24,000 nucleotides of DNA from Clostridiales bacterium (GTDB lineage: Bacteria; Bacillota; Clostridia; Oscillospirales; Feifaniaceae): assembly GCA_012719075.1 (NCBI GenBank), contig JAAYBB010000011.1:5886-29885 (forward strand), read 5' to 3'. Shown one piece after another: positions 15,597 through 24,000 of this stretch. Under the pieces are notes generated by a model that saw only the letters and a program-made list of their open reading frames with translations, made no database searches and had not been told where the DNA came from. Position 1 is the stretch's first letter; each line of letters starts with the position of its first letter. Position numbers and translations under genes: made by a program.

Positions 15597-16711
15597 TGGG
15601 CGCGCGCAGGGCCGTGCGGGCCGGCGGCCTGCAGATCGGCGGCGGCGCGCCGGTGTCGGTGCAGTCGATGACCAACACCAAGACGGCCGATGTCGAGGCC
15701 ACCGTCGCCCAGATTGCGGCGCTGGCCGCGGCCGGCTGCCAGCTCGTGCGGCTGGCGGTGCCCGACCGGGCGGCCGCGCTCGCGCTGCCGGAGATCCGCC
15801 GCCGCTCGCCGGTGCCGCTCGCGGCCGACATCCACTACGACCACCGGCTGGCACTGCTGGCGGTGGAGGCCGGCATGGACAAGATCCGCCTCAACCCCGG
15901 CAACATCGGCGGGCCGGCGCAGGTGCAGCGCGTGGCCGACGCCTGCCTGCGGGCCGGCGTGCCGATCCGCATCGGGGTCAACGGCGGCTCGCTTGAAAAG
16001 CACATCCTTGAAAAGTACGGCCGGCCGACGCCGCAGGCGCTCGTGGAGAGCGCGCTGCTGCACGTGGCGCTGCTGCACGCGGCCGGCTTTTTCGACATCG
16101 TACTCTCGATCAAGTGCTCCTGCGCCGCCGAGATGGTGGCGGCCAACCGGCTGCTGGCGCAGCAGACCGACCACCCGATCCACCTCGGCGTGACCGAGGC
16201 CGGCACGCCGGCCAGCGGCGTTGTCAAGTCGGCGGTGGGCATCGGGTCGCTGCTGCTCGACGGCATCGGCGACACCATCCGCGTGTCGCTGACCGCCGAT
16301 CCGCTCGAGGAGCTGCCGGCCGCCCGCCGCATCCTGCAGGCCTGCGGCCTGCTGCCCGAGGCGCCCGAGCTGATCTCCTGCCCCACCTGCGGCCGCACCG
16401 GCATCGACCTGATCCCGTTGGCGCAGCGCGTGGAGGCGGCGCTGGCCACGCGGCGGCTGCCCATCAGGGTGGCGGTCATGGGCTGCGTGGTCAACGGCCC
16501 CGGCGAGGCCCGCGAGGCCGACGTCGGCATTGCGGGCGGCCAAGGCAAGGGCGTGCTGTTTCTGCGCGGCGAGGTGGTCAGGACCATGGAGGAGGACCAG
16601 CTGTTCGACGCGCTGATGCAGGAGATCGACCGCCTGCAGGCCCTCTACGACCGCGAGGGGCTGAAGGGCATTCGCCCCGGCTCAAATACATCGACCATGG
16701 AGAACAGATGA
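15596..16711 (+). CDS. ispG: 4-hydroxy-3-methylbut-2-enyl diphosphate synthase
   Basis: The start overlaps the rseP stop (TGATG). VQSMTNT, RLNPGNIG, CPTCGR, MGCVVNGPGE. Confidence 0.95.
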   Translation: MGARRAVRAGGLQIGGGAPVSVQSMTNTKTADVEATVAQIAALAAAGCQLVRLAVPDRAAALALPEIRRRSPVPLAADIHYDHRLALLAVEAGMDKIRLNPGNIGGPAQVQRVADACLRAGVPIRIGVNGGSLEKHILEKYGRPTPQALVESALLHVALLHAAGFFDIVLSIKCSCAAEMVAANRLLAQQTDHPIHLGVTEAGTPASGVVKSAVGIGSLLLDGIGDTIRVSLTADPLEELPAARRILQACGLLPEAPELISCPTCGRTGIDLIPLAQRVEAALATRRLPIRVAVMGCVVNGPGEAREADVGIAGGQGKGVLFLRGEVVRTMEEDQLFDALMQEIDRLQALYDREGLKGIRPGSNTSTMENR

Positions 16712-19700
16712 ACACCCCATTTTTTGAACTCTTTGACGCCTACCGGCCCTCCGAGCCGGGGGCGCTTGAACAGCTCCGCCTGGGCCCGGTCAAGCTCGAC
16801 CGGGCGCGGCGGCACATGGAGGTCACGCTGTTGTCGGGCGCGCCGCTGGACCGGGCCGAGATGGAGGCCCACGCGCGGCAGCTCGAGGCGCTGTACGCGC
16901 TCGAGCGGCTGACCTTTCGCTTTCGCTACGAGGGCGTGGCGCTCTGCGAAGAGCACCTGCCCTACCTGTCCGACTGCCTCGATCTGCTCTGTCAGAGCTG
17001 CCGGGGCTTTTTGCGCGACGCCGGCTTTGCGCTGGAGGGGGACAGGCTGACGCTGGCGCTGGCCCACGGCGGCGGCGAGGCGCTCGAGCGCGCGGGCGCC
17101 GCCGACAAGCTCGCGGCGCTGCTGCGCGAGGAGTTTGGCCTGCGCCTTGCGGTGCGCTTTGTCGGCCGGACCGGGCTGGACGACTTCTCGCAGCAGGTCT
17201 CGCCGCAGGTGGCGGAAATTGAGGCGCAGGGCCGCGCGCTGGCACAGCAGGCCGGCGCGGCGGCCGCCAGGGGCGCCAGGAAGGCGCGCGGGACCGGCGG
17301 CCTGCTCTACGGCCGGCGCATCGCCGGCAAGACCACCCCGATCTGCGAGGTCACGCTCGAGAGCGGGCGGGTGACGGTCTGCGGCGAGGTCTTCAACCTC
17401 GAGGTGCGGCAGGCCAAGGACGGCCAGATGGCCATCGTCAGCTTCTGCCTGACCGACCAGAGCTCTTCGGTGGCCTGCAAGCTCTTCCCGCAGGCCGACC
17501 GCGCCGCACCGCTGCTGCGCGAACTCAGGGAGGGGCTGTACGTCCGCCTGCGCGGCGACGTGCGCTTTGACAGCTACGGCAACCAGCCGGTGGTCATGGC
17601 GGCCGACATCCAGGCCGAGGACCGGCCGGTCCGCATGGACGAGGCCGAAGAGAAGCGCGTGGAGCTGCACCTGCACACCACGATGTCCCAGATGGACGCC
17701 GTCACGCCGGTCGAGCGCTATATTGAGCGGGCCGCGCGCTGGGGGCACGAGGCCATCGCCATCACCGACCACGGCGTGATCCAGGCCTTTCCCGACGCGG
17801 CGGCCGCCGCCGGAAAGCTGGGCTACAAGGGCAAGCTGCTCTACGGCATGGAGGGCTACCTGATCCACGAGGAGCCGGGCGAGCAGGGCATCGGCGCCTG
17901 CCCGCTGGACGGCGACTTTGTGGTCTTCGACGTCGAGACCACCGGGCTGTCGGCCCACCGCGGCCGGCTGACCGAGATCGGCGCCGTGCGCATCTCGGCC
18001 GGACAGGCCCGGCAGCGCTTCCAGACCTTTGTCAACCCCGGCATGCCCATCCCCGAGGAGATCACCCGCCTGACCGGCATCACCGACGAGATGGTCAGGG
18101 ACGCCCCCGGCGAGGCACAGGCCGTGCAGGCCTTTCTCGACTTCGCGGGCGAGGACATCCTCGTGGCCCACAACGCCGCCTTCGACATGGGCTTTGTCGG
18201 CGCGGCCGCCACGCGGGCCGGGCTGCCCTTTTTAAACCCCTCGATCGACACGGTGGGGCTGGCCCGGCGCTGCCTGCCCGACCTGCGCAGCCACAAGCTC
18301 AACGTGCTGGCCGAGCACTTCGGCGTCTCCTTTCGCCACCACCGGGCCGACGACGACTCGATGGCGCTGGCCGAGATCTTTCTGCGCATGCTGGAGATGG
18401 CCAGGGCGCAGGGCGCCTGCCGGGTGGCCGACCTCGAGACCGTGTTCGGCGACCGGCGGGACCTGCGGGCCGCCCGCACCTGCCACATCACGCTGCTGGT
18501 CAAAAACCAGGTCGGGCTCAAAAACCTCTACAAGCTGGTCAGCAAGTCCAGCCTCGAGTACTTCGGCAACAAGCGCCCCAAGCTGCCGAGGCGGGAGCTC
18601 ATGAAGCACCGCGAGGGGCTGATCCTGGGCTCGGCCTGCCAGGCGGGGGAGCTGTTCTCGGCGCTGGTGGACGGCGCGCCGCGGGAGCAGCTGCTGGAGA
18701 TCGCGGCCTTTTACGACTACCTTGAAATCCAGCCCATCGCCAACAACCGCTTTTTGATCGACCGCGGCCTGGTGGAGGGCGAGGAGCAGCTGCGCGACCT
18801 CAACCGCCGGGTGGTCGAGCTGGGCGAGGCGCTGCAAAAGCCGGTGGTGGCCACCGGCGACGCCCACTTCCTCGACCCGCAGGAGGAGATCTTCCGCGCC
18901 ATCCTGCTGGCCGGGCAGGGCTACGAGGACGCCGACCGCCCCACGCCGCTCTACCTGCGCACCACGCAGGAGATGCTCGAGGAGTTTGCCTACCTCGGCG
19001 AGGACAAGGCCCGCGAGGTGGTGGTGGAGAACACCCGCCTGGTGGCCTCCTGGTGCGAGCCGGTGAACCCGCTGCGCAAGGGCATGTTCCCGCCCGAGAT
19101 CGAGGGCGCGGACCGGGAGCTGCGCGACATCGCGACGGCGCGGGCAAAGGCGCTCTACGGAGACCCGCTGCCCCCGATCGTCGCCGAGCGGCTGGAGCGG
19201 GAGCTGGCGCCCATCATCGGCAACGGCTACGCCGTGCTCTACGTCATCGCGCGGCGCATCGTGCTCAACTCGCTCGAGAACGGCTACCTGGTCGGCTCAC
19301 GCGGCTCGGTCGGCTCCTCGGTGGCGGCCTACTTCGCCGGCATCACCGAGGTCAACGCGCTGCCGCCCCACTACCGCTGCGCCCACTGCCGCTACGTGCA
19401 GTTCGACCTCAGCGAGACCTATGAGGCCGGCTGCGACATGCCCGACCTGTGCTGCCCCGCCTGCGGCGCCCGCTGTGCCAAGGACGGCTTCGACATCCCG
19501 TTCGAGACCTTTATGGGCTTTGCGGGCGAGAAGGTGCCCGACATCGACCTGAACTTCTCGGGCGAGTACCAGAGCGCCGCCCACCGCTTTGCCGAGCAGC
19601 TGTTCGGCGAGGGGCACGTGTTCCGGGCCGGCACCATTGCGACGGTGGCCGACAAGACGGCCTACGGCTACGTCAAAAAGTACCTCGAGGAGCGGGGCCG

Positions 19701-20955
19701 GGAGGTCTCGCGCGCCGAGGAGCAGCGCCTGATTGCCGGCTGCACCGGCGTCAAGCGCACGACCGGCCAGCACCCCGGCGGCATCATGGTGGTGCCCCAC
19801 AACATGGAGATCGAGGACTTCTCACCGGTGCAGCACCCGGCCGACGACCGCGACAAGGGCGTGGTCACCACCCACTTTGACTACCACGCCATCCACGACA
19901 ACATCCTCAAGCTGGACCTGCTCGGGCACGACGACCCCACGATCCTGCGCATGCTCGGGGATCTGACCGGCGTCGAGGTCACGGGCCTTCCGCTCGACGA
20001 CCCCAAGGTGCTCTCGCTGTTTTCCTCGCCCGAGGCGCTGGCGCTGCGGCCGGGGGCCGACCTCGGCCCGGTCGGCGCCATCGCCATCCCCGAGTTCGGC
20101 ACCAAGTTTGTGCGCGGCATGCTCGAGCAGACCCGGCCCACCACGGTGGCCGAGCTGGTGCGCATCTCGGGGCTCTCGCACGGGACCGACGTCTGGCTGG
20201 GCAACGCCGAGCGGCTGATCCGCGAGGGGGTGGCCACGCTGCGCGAGGTCATCTGCTGCCGCGACGACATCATGCGCTACCTGATCCAGATGGGCCTGCC
20301 CAAGGAGCAGAGCTTTGAGATCATGGAGCAGGTGCGCAAGGGCCGGGGGCTTTCGCCCGAGCAGGAGGCCCGGATGCGGGCGCAGGGCGTGCCCGACTGG
20401 TACGTCGAGAGCTGCAAGCTGATCCAGTACATGTTCCCCAGGGCCCACGCCGTGGCCTACGTGACGATGGCCATCCGCGTGGCCTGGTTCAAGGTCTACC
20501 ACCCGCTGGCCTTCTACGCCGCCTACTTTTCAATCCGCGCCGGCGACTTCGACGCCAACGAGATGACGGGGGACCGGACCGCGCTGCTCAAGCTGCTCCG
20601 CCAGGTGGAAAAAATCAAGGACCCCACCGCCAAGGACCGCGACCGGGCGGTGGTGGCCGAGGTCTGCCTCGAGATGGCCGAGCGGGGCTACGGCTTTTTG
20701 CCGGTGGACCTCTACGCCTCCGACCCCAGCCGCTTTGTGATTGAGGAGGGCCGGCTGCGCCCGCCGCTGCAGGCGCTGCCGGGCGTGGGGGAGACGGCCG
20801 CCAAGTCCATCGCGGCGGCCAGGGCCGAGGGGGCCTTTCTCTCGCAGCAGGAGCTGGTGCAGCGGGCCCGCATCTCGAAGGCGGTGCTCGAGAGCCTGCA
20901 GGGCTGCGGCGCGCTGGGCGACCTGCCCGAGAGCGCACAGCTGGCATTTTTTTAA
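16708..20955 (+). CDS. polC: DNA polymerase III alpha subunit, PolC type
   Basis: ATG 16708 overlaps the ispG stop (ATGA). About 1415 aa with a PHP region (HLHTTMSQMDA), a 3'-5' exonuclease insert (FVVFDVETTGLS, HNAAFDMGF), and a polymerase core (GSRGSVGSS, PDIDLNFSG). Confidence 0.95.
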   Translation: MNTPFFELFDAYRPSEPGALEQLRLGPVKLDRARRHMEVTLLSGAPLDRAEMEAHARQLEALYALERLTFRFRYEGVALCEEHLPYLSDCLDLLCQSCRGFLRDAGFALEGDRLTLALAHGGGEALERAGAADKLAALLREEFGLRLAVRFVGRTGLDDFSQQVSPQVAEIEAQGRALAQQAGAAAARGARKARGTGGLLYGRRIAGKTTPICEVTLESGRVTVCGEVFNLEVRQAKDGQMAIVSFCLTDQSSSVACKLFPQADRAAPLLRELREGLYVRLRGDVRFDSYGNQPVVMAADIQAEDRPVRMDEAEEKRVELHLHTTMSQMDAVTPVERYIERAARWGHEAIAITDHGVIQAFPDAAAAAGKLGYKGKLLYGMEGYLIHEEPGEQGIGACPLDGDFVVFDVETTGLSAHRGRLTEIGAVRISAGQARQRFQTFVNPGMPIPEEITRLTGITDEMVRDAPGEAQAVQAFLDFAGEDILVAHNAAFDMGFVGAAATRAGLPFLNPSIDTVGLARRCLPDLRSHKLNVLAEHFGVSFRHHRADDDSMALAEIFLRMLEMARAQGACRVADLETVFGDRRDLRAARTCHITLLVKNQVGLKNLYKLVSKSSLEYFGNKRPKLPRRELMKHREGLILGSACQAGELFSALVDGAPREQLLEIAAFYDYLEIQPIANNRFLIDRGLVEGEEQLRDLNRRVVELGEALQKPVVATGDAHFLDPQEEIFRAILLAGQGYEDADRPTPLYLRTTQEMLEEFAYLGEDKAREVVVENTRLVASWCEPVNPLRKGMFPPEIEGADRELRDIATARAKALYGDPLPPIVAERLERELAPIIGNGYAVLYVIARRIVLNSLENGYLVGSRGSVGSSVAAYFAGITEVNALPPHYRCAHCRYVQFDLSETYEAGCDMPDLCCPACGARCAKDGFDIPFETFMGFAGEKVPDIDLNFSGEYQSAAHRFAEQLFGEGHVFRAGTIATVADKTAYGYVKKYLEERGREVSRAEEQRLIAGCTGVKRTTGQHPGGIMVVPHNMEIEDFSPVQHPADDRDKGVVTTHFDYHAIHDNILKLDLLGHDDPTILRMLGDLTGVEVTGLPLDDPKVLSLFSSPEALALRPGADLGPVGAIAIPEFGTKFVRGMLEQTRPTTVAELVRISGLSHGTDVWLGNAERLIREGVATLREVICCRDDIMRYLIQMGLPKEQSFEIMEQVRKGRGLSPEQEARMRAQGVPDWYVESCKLIQYMFPRAHAVAYVTMAIRVAWFKVYHPLAFYAAYFSIRAGDFDANEMTGDRTALLKLLRQVEKIKDPTAKDRDRAVVAEVCLEMAERGYGFLPVDLYASDPSRFVIEEGRLRPPLQALPGVGETAAKSIAAARAEGAFLSQQELVQRARISKAVLESLQGCGALGDLPESAQLAFF

Positions 20956-21049
20956 GTTTTTCAGGCTCCCGCGGCGGGAAAGGCACAAGGATTTATGCTC
21001 GCTTTGCACTTATTTACAACGAAACTGTAGGATTGTACACAAAAACTGA

Positions 21050-21078
21050 TTGACAACCTTAGAGGTTGTGATATACTT
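21050..21078 (+). promoter_or_regulatory. Sigma-A-type promoter for sigH
   Basis: TTGACA (21050-21055), 17-nt spacer, extended -10 TGaTATACT (21069-21078). Confidence 0.6.
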
Positions 21079-21118
21079 ATCCCATGTCGCTGGATATGGT
21101 TGATTGGGAGGCGGCACC

Positions 21119-21733
21119 ATGCCAAAAGAGGATCGCGCGCTGCGCCACGAGATCGACCGGCTCATCGCCGAGGCCCGGCAGGGGAGCCAGACGGCCTTCA
21201 ACAAGCTCTTTGCCCACTACTACCCCAAAATCCGAAGGGCCAGCAACCGCTTTTATTTAGACGGGGCCGATTGTGACGACGCGTTTCAGGAGGCCTGCAT
21301 CGGTTTTTTAAAAGCCCTTTTATCCTATCGCTTTGAGGCGAACGATTCCTTTGAATCCTACATCTCCATTTGCATAAGGCGCCAGCTCTACGATGCGGTT
21401 CGCAGCTCCAAACGCGAAAAGCACAGACCGCTGAACGATTATCTCTCCATAGACACCTCGCTCGACTTAGAAGATCCCTCTCAATTTGGCGCCCTGGCCC
21501 AAATTGCGCAGGACCCCTCCGAGATCGTGGTGAATCGAGAGGACGTGCACCGGATTCGCGCCGCCATTGAGCAGCGGCTCTCCCCCTTTGAGCAGGGGGT
21601 GCTGCAGCTCTATCTTGAGGGCGCGTCCTACCGGGAGATCGCCCACCGCCTGAACACGGCCGAGAAATCGGTGGACAACGCCATTCAGAGGATTCGGCGC
21701 AAGCTCAGTTCATTACTGCTGATGGCAGTGTGA
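21119..21733 (+). CDS. sigH: RNA polymerase sigma factor, SigH (Spo0H)-like
   Basis: ATG 21119 lies 7 nt after GGGAGG. Resembles B. subtilis SigH from memory: REKHRPLNDY vs RQKHIPLNSY, and LQLYLEGASYREIAHRLNTAEKSVDNAIQRIRRKL vs LVLYLDGRSYQEIADELNRHVKSIDNALQRVKRKL. Confidence 0.8.
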   Translation: MPKEDRALRHEIDRLIAEARQGSQTAFNKLFAHYYPKIRRASNRFYLDGADCDDAFQEACIGFLKALLSYRFEANDSFESYISICIRRQLYDAVRSSKREKHRPLNDYLSIDTSLDLEDPSQFGALAQIAQDPSEIVVNREDVHRIRAAIEQRLSPFEQGVLQLYLEGASYREIAHRLNTAEKSVDNAIQRIRRKLSSLLLMAV

Positions 21734-21777
21734 AATAGTGCCCAAGGGCCAATACTAACCAAAGCGAGGGAAAAGAA

Positions 21778-22065
21778 ATGTACGAAGACAAAGCCTTAGT
21801 TTGTAAAGATTGCGGCCAGGAGTTTATCTTTACGGCGGGTGAGCAGGAGTTTTACGCGGAGCGCGGCTTCCAGAACGAGCCGCAGCGCTGCAAGACCTGC
21901 CGCGATTCCCGCAAGTCTGCCGCCCGGCAGCAGCGCGAGATGTTCACGGCGATCTGCGCCTCCTGCGGCGCAGAGGCCAAGGTCCCCTTTGAGCCGAGGA
22001 ACGATCGGCCGGTCTACTGCAGCGACTGCTTTGCCCGCATGAAGGAGGGGCAGGGCGGTCGGTAA
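21778..22065 (+). CDS. Small zinc-ribbon protein with four CxxC pairs
   Basis: 95 aa with GAGGGA upstream. CKDC..CKTC and CASC..CSDC. FIFTAGEQEFYAERGF resembles the 'probable zinc-ribbon' domain family. Confidence 0.8.
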   Translation: MYEDKALVCKDCGQEFIFTAGEQEFYAERGFQNEPQRCKTCRDSRKSAARQQREMFTAICASCGAEAKVPFEPRNDRPVYCSDCFARMKEGQGGR

Positions 22066-22215
22066 GCTGTGCAGCTAAAGGCCGACGGAGACCCCGACAG
22101 GGCGGGATTCGGTCGGCGACAACCCGGGCAAAAGGGGTCTTTGTGGCAGGTTCGGCAGAGGCTTTGTTTCGCCGCAGGTACATCACAGATACAGGGATCA
22201 GATCTCGGATCAAAA

Positions 22216-22252
22216 GCGGGCGGTTGGCCAAAATGGCCAGCCGCCCTTTTCC
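22216..22252. terminator. Bidirectional-shaped intrinsic terminator
   Basis: GGGCGGTTGGCC (22218-22229) / GGCCAGCCGCCC (22235-22246), with one G-U pair. AAAA lies upstream and TTTT downstream. Confidence 0.7.
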
Positions 22253-22360
22253 GATGTGCCGGGCGGTATGGGCTGTGTAGATCGGGGTCCATAAAAGGTC
22301 AGGTGGCCGGCTAGTGTGCGCAGGGAGGGTGTGGGTAGGTACTCTATAAGAGACTGCATC

Positions 22361-22529
22361 TTTATGCAGCCTACACCATGATGCCCCCGCGCAGACAAAA
22401 AAACCATCTCCTGCGCACTGCGCAGGGGGTGGCCTTCTTTAGACGCATTCAAGGAATGGGCTTCAAGGGCGGCGATGGCCTGCCCCCGCGGGGCGGGCCT
22501 TACTTCAGCTCGACCTTGGCGCCGACCTC
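22361..22529. repeat. 169-bp tandem repeat, copy 1 (distal, more diverged)
   Basis: Aligns with 22530-22698 at a constant 169-nt offset at both ends. Contains a diverged copy of the rplL terminator and a 33-nt exact copy of the rplL 3' end including the stop. Confidence 0.9.
22397..22432 (-). terminator. Second, diverged copy of the rplL terminator
   Basis: 13-bp hairpin at 22404-22432 preceded by A7 on the plus strand (U7 after the hairpin on the minus strand). Two pairs are G-U in plus sense and C-A mismatches in minus sense. Confidence 0.45.
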
Positions 22530-22698
22530 TTTATGCAGCCTGCACCATGGTGCCCCGCGCAGACAAAAAAACCGCCCCCCTGCGCACTGCGCAGGGGGGC
22601 GGCCTTCTTTAGACGCGTTCAAATAGTGGGCTTCAAGGGTGGCGATGGCCTGCCCCGCGGAGCGGGTCTTACTTCAGCTCGACCTTGGCGCCGACCTC
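22530..22698. repeat. 169-bp tandem repeat, copy 2 (overlaps the true rplL 3' end)
   Basis: Same unit as copy 1. Its last ~30 nt are the real rplL terminus (rc ...EVGAKVELK*). Confidence 0.9.
22564..22602 (-). terminator. rplL intrinsic terminator
   Basis: Perfect 14-bp hairpin at 22572-22602 (CCGCCCCCCTGCGC-ACT-GCGCAGGGGGGCGG), followed on the minus strand by T7. Confidence 0.85.
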
Positions 22699-23055
22699 TT
22701 CAAACTGCTTGGCCATGGCCTCGGCCTCCTCCTTGGAGACGCCCTCCTTGACCGGCTTGGGCGCGGTGTCGACCAGGTCCTTGGCCTCCTTGAGGCCAAG
22801 GCCGGTGATCTCGCGGACCACCTTGATGACCTTGATCTTCTCGGCGCCGATCTCGGTCAGCACGACGTCAAACTCGGTCTTCTCTTCGACGGCGGCGGCC
22901 TCGGCGGGCGCGGCGCCGTTGGCCGGCGCGGCAAAGGCGACGGGGGCGGCGGCAGAGACGCCGAACTCTTCCTCAAGGGCCTTGACCAGCGCAGAGAGCT
23001 CCAGAACGGTCAGTTGCTTGATCTCCTCGATCAACGCGGCAATTTTCTCAGACAT
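22669..23055 (-). CDS. rplL: 50S ribosomal protein L7/L12
   Basis: [38 protein letters not shown]...KEAKDLV...GAKVELK. AGGAGGA RBS. Confidence 0.95.
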   Translation of the reverse strand: MSEKIAALIEEIKQLTVLELSALVKALEEEFGVSAAAPVAFAAPANGAAPAEAAAVEEKTEFDVVLTEIGAEKIKVIKVVREITGLGLKEAKDLVDTAPKPVKEGVSKEEAEAMAKQFEEVGAKVELK

Positions 23056-23104
23056 GGTGAAATCCTCCTGTAAAATTCATTTCAAAATGGCGGCCGCTGC
23101 CGCG

Positions 23105-23632
23105 TCAGGACTGCTTTTCCGCAATGGCGTTCAGGGCCAGCGCCAGCGAACGGATGGTGCCGTTCAGCACGGTGGCGAGCCCCGCGATCGGCGCGTTCAT
23201 GGTGCCCAGCACCATGCCGATCAGGACCTCTCTGGGCGGCAGTGCGGCCAGCGCGCCGACCTCGGCCGGCGAGATGACCTTGCCCTCCACAAAGCCCAGC
23301 TTGATCTTGAAGTTGTCGTGCTTTTTGGCGTATTCGGACAAAATCTTGGCCGGCGACACCGGATCGTCAAAGCTGAGGGCCAGCGCGGTGGTGCCGTTTA
23401 AGATCTCGTCCAGCCCCTCCATGCCGACCTTCTCGGCGGCAAAGCGGGTCATGGTGTTCTTGACGACGGCATAGTCCACGCCGCCCTTGCGCATGTCTGC
23501 GCGCAGCTTGGTGTCCTGTGCCACCGTGATGCCGCGGTAGTCCACAAAGACGCCGGCCTTGGCGCGGCTGAGCTTGTCGGCCAGCTCGGCCACCACCTGT
23601 TGCTTTTGCTTGAGGATTTTTTCACTTGGCAT
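23105..23632 (-). CDS. rplJ: 50S ribosomal protein L10
   Basis: Start at MPSEKILKQKQQVVAEL (ATG at 23632) after AGGAGGTG. The track ORF extends to 23779 through the leader. Confidence 0.95.
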   Translation of the reverse strand: MPSEKILKQKQQVVAELADKLSRAKAGVFVDYRGITVAQDTKLRADMRKGGVDYAVVKNTMTRFAAEKVGMEGLDEILNGTTALALSFDDPVSPAKILSEYAKKHDNFKIKLGFVEGKVISPAEVGALAALPPREVLIGMVLGTMNAPIAGLATVLNGTIRSLALALNAIAEKQS

Positions 23633-23862
23633 GCTCTCACCTCCTGCGAGTGGAATGGTCATCGGGGGTTTTCCATCAGCGGGGGCGGAGAAATAAAAAG
23701 CCCCTTTGCATGCCGCAAAGGAGCGAGAAAACCGACGGGCAGCCAAACCCGGGAGTCGGGCGGCAGGGCGGTTTCGCATCCCCCTCGGCAGGCCTATTTC
23801 AGCGATAACGCACCTGCTGTCTTCGGTTGATGACCTATGAAATTGTAGGCGATTTTGAACGC
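23633..23862 (-). promoter_or_regulatory. rplJ leader with attenuator hairpin (ribosomal protein L10 leader-type)
   Basis: ~230-nt 5' UTR between the promoter and rplJ. On the minus strand it contains the hairpin CCTTTGC-GGCAT-GCAAAGG (plus coordinates 23703-23721). GGCTTTTTATTT follows it (minus strand), which is the attenuator layout known for Firmicute L10 leaders. The conserved L10-binding core was not verified. Confidence 0.5.
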
Positions 23863-23868
23863 CAGTAA

Positions 23869-23897
23869 ACTATACCACAGCGGCCGCCAAATGTCAA
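23869..23897 (-). promoter_or_regulatory. Promoter of the rplJ-rplL operon
   Basis: On the minus strand: TTGACA (23892-23897), 17-nt spacer, extended -10 TGgTATAGT (-10 hexamer at 23869-23874). Confidence 0.6.
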
Positions 23898-23946
23898 ACC
23901 CTGTTTTACAGGCCGATCATGCGCCCTCTATCGGGCCTCCGGGCGG

Positions 23947-23975
23947 TTGCTTTTTAACAAAAGCTGTCGTATAAT
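23947..23975 (+). promoter_or_regulatory. Candidate divergent promoter reading out of the window
   Basis: TTGCTT (23947-23952), 17-nt spacer, TATAAT (23970-23975). Confidence 0.4.
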
Positions 23976-24000
23976 GGAGCCAGCTTGGTTTACATAAGGA

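Noticed and set aside
20956-20985. Possible terminator after polC (TCCC-GCGGC-GGGA).
   Set aside because: It is only a 4-bp stem with no T-tract, which is too weak to call.
22378-22626. 82-aa plus-strand ORF, and overlapping ORFs, spanning the 169-bp repeats; also considered whether the repeats are a CRISPR array.
   Set aside because: The ORF is internally repetitive only because it reads through the duplication. It crosses two terminator hairpins and has no RBS. There are only two long, adjacent units with no spacers, so it is not CRISPR. In the rplL reading frame, the duplicated rplL fragment has no start codon in the short upstream stretch checked.

Overview
High-GC chromosomal core region that looks like Firmicutes/Clostridia. 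This inference rests on polC, a SigH-type sigma factor, T-box leaders, and the conserved order pyrH-frr-uppS-cdsA-dxr-rseP-ispG-polC. All calls come from reading the sequence and recalling family motifs; no searches, folding or statistics were run. Left to right: trkA (3' part) and trkH. Then two tandem paralogous Amidohydro_3/YtcJ-like hydrolases, each with its own promoter and a terminator-ending leader. Then an EF-G paralog of the EFG-II type, a minus-strand membrane protein, and a ~600-nt gene-free spacer. The housekeeping block pyrH to polC follows, with several start/stop overlaps: TAATG at cdsA/dxr, TGATG at rseP/ispG, ATGA at ispG/polC. Last come sigH, a four-CxxC zinc-ribbon protein, and a convergent rplJ-rplL operon with an attenuator-type leader. 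Most of the window is ordinary housekeeping. The most interesting part is the amidohydrolase pair. The second leader is a well-formed T-box riboswitch with a probable Lys specifier. The first is an atypical T-box-like leader with a possible Gly specifier. This suggests a starvation-induced amide-hydrolase module sensing tRNA charging. Other observations are a mosaic identity pattern between the paralogs consistent with gene conversion, and a 169-bp tandem duplication carrying the rplL 3' end plus its terminator. There is also a 34-bp perfect AT-cored palindrome, deviant GTPase motifs in the EF-G paralog, and repeated GC palindromes in the spacer upstream of pyrH. The many long antisense and alternate-frame ORFs in the track are high-GC artefacts.
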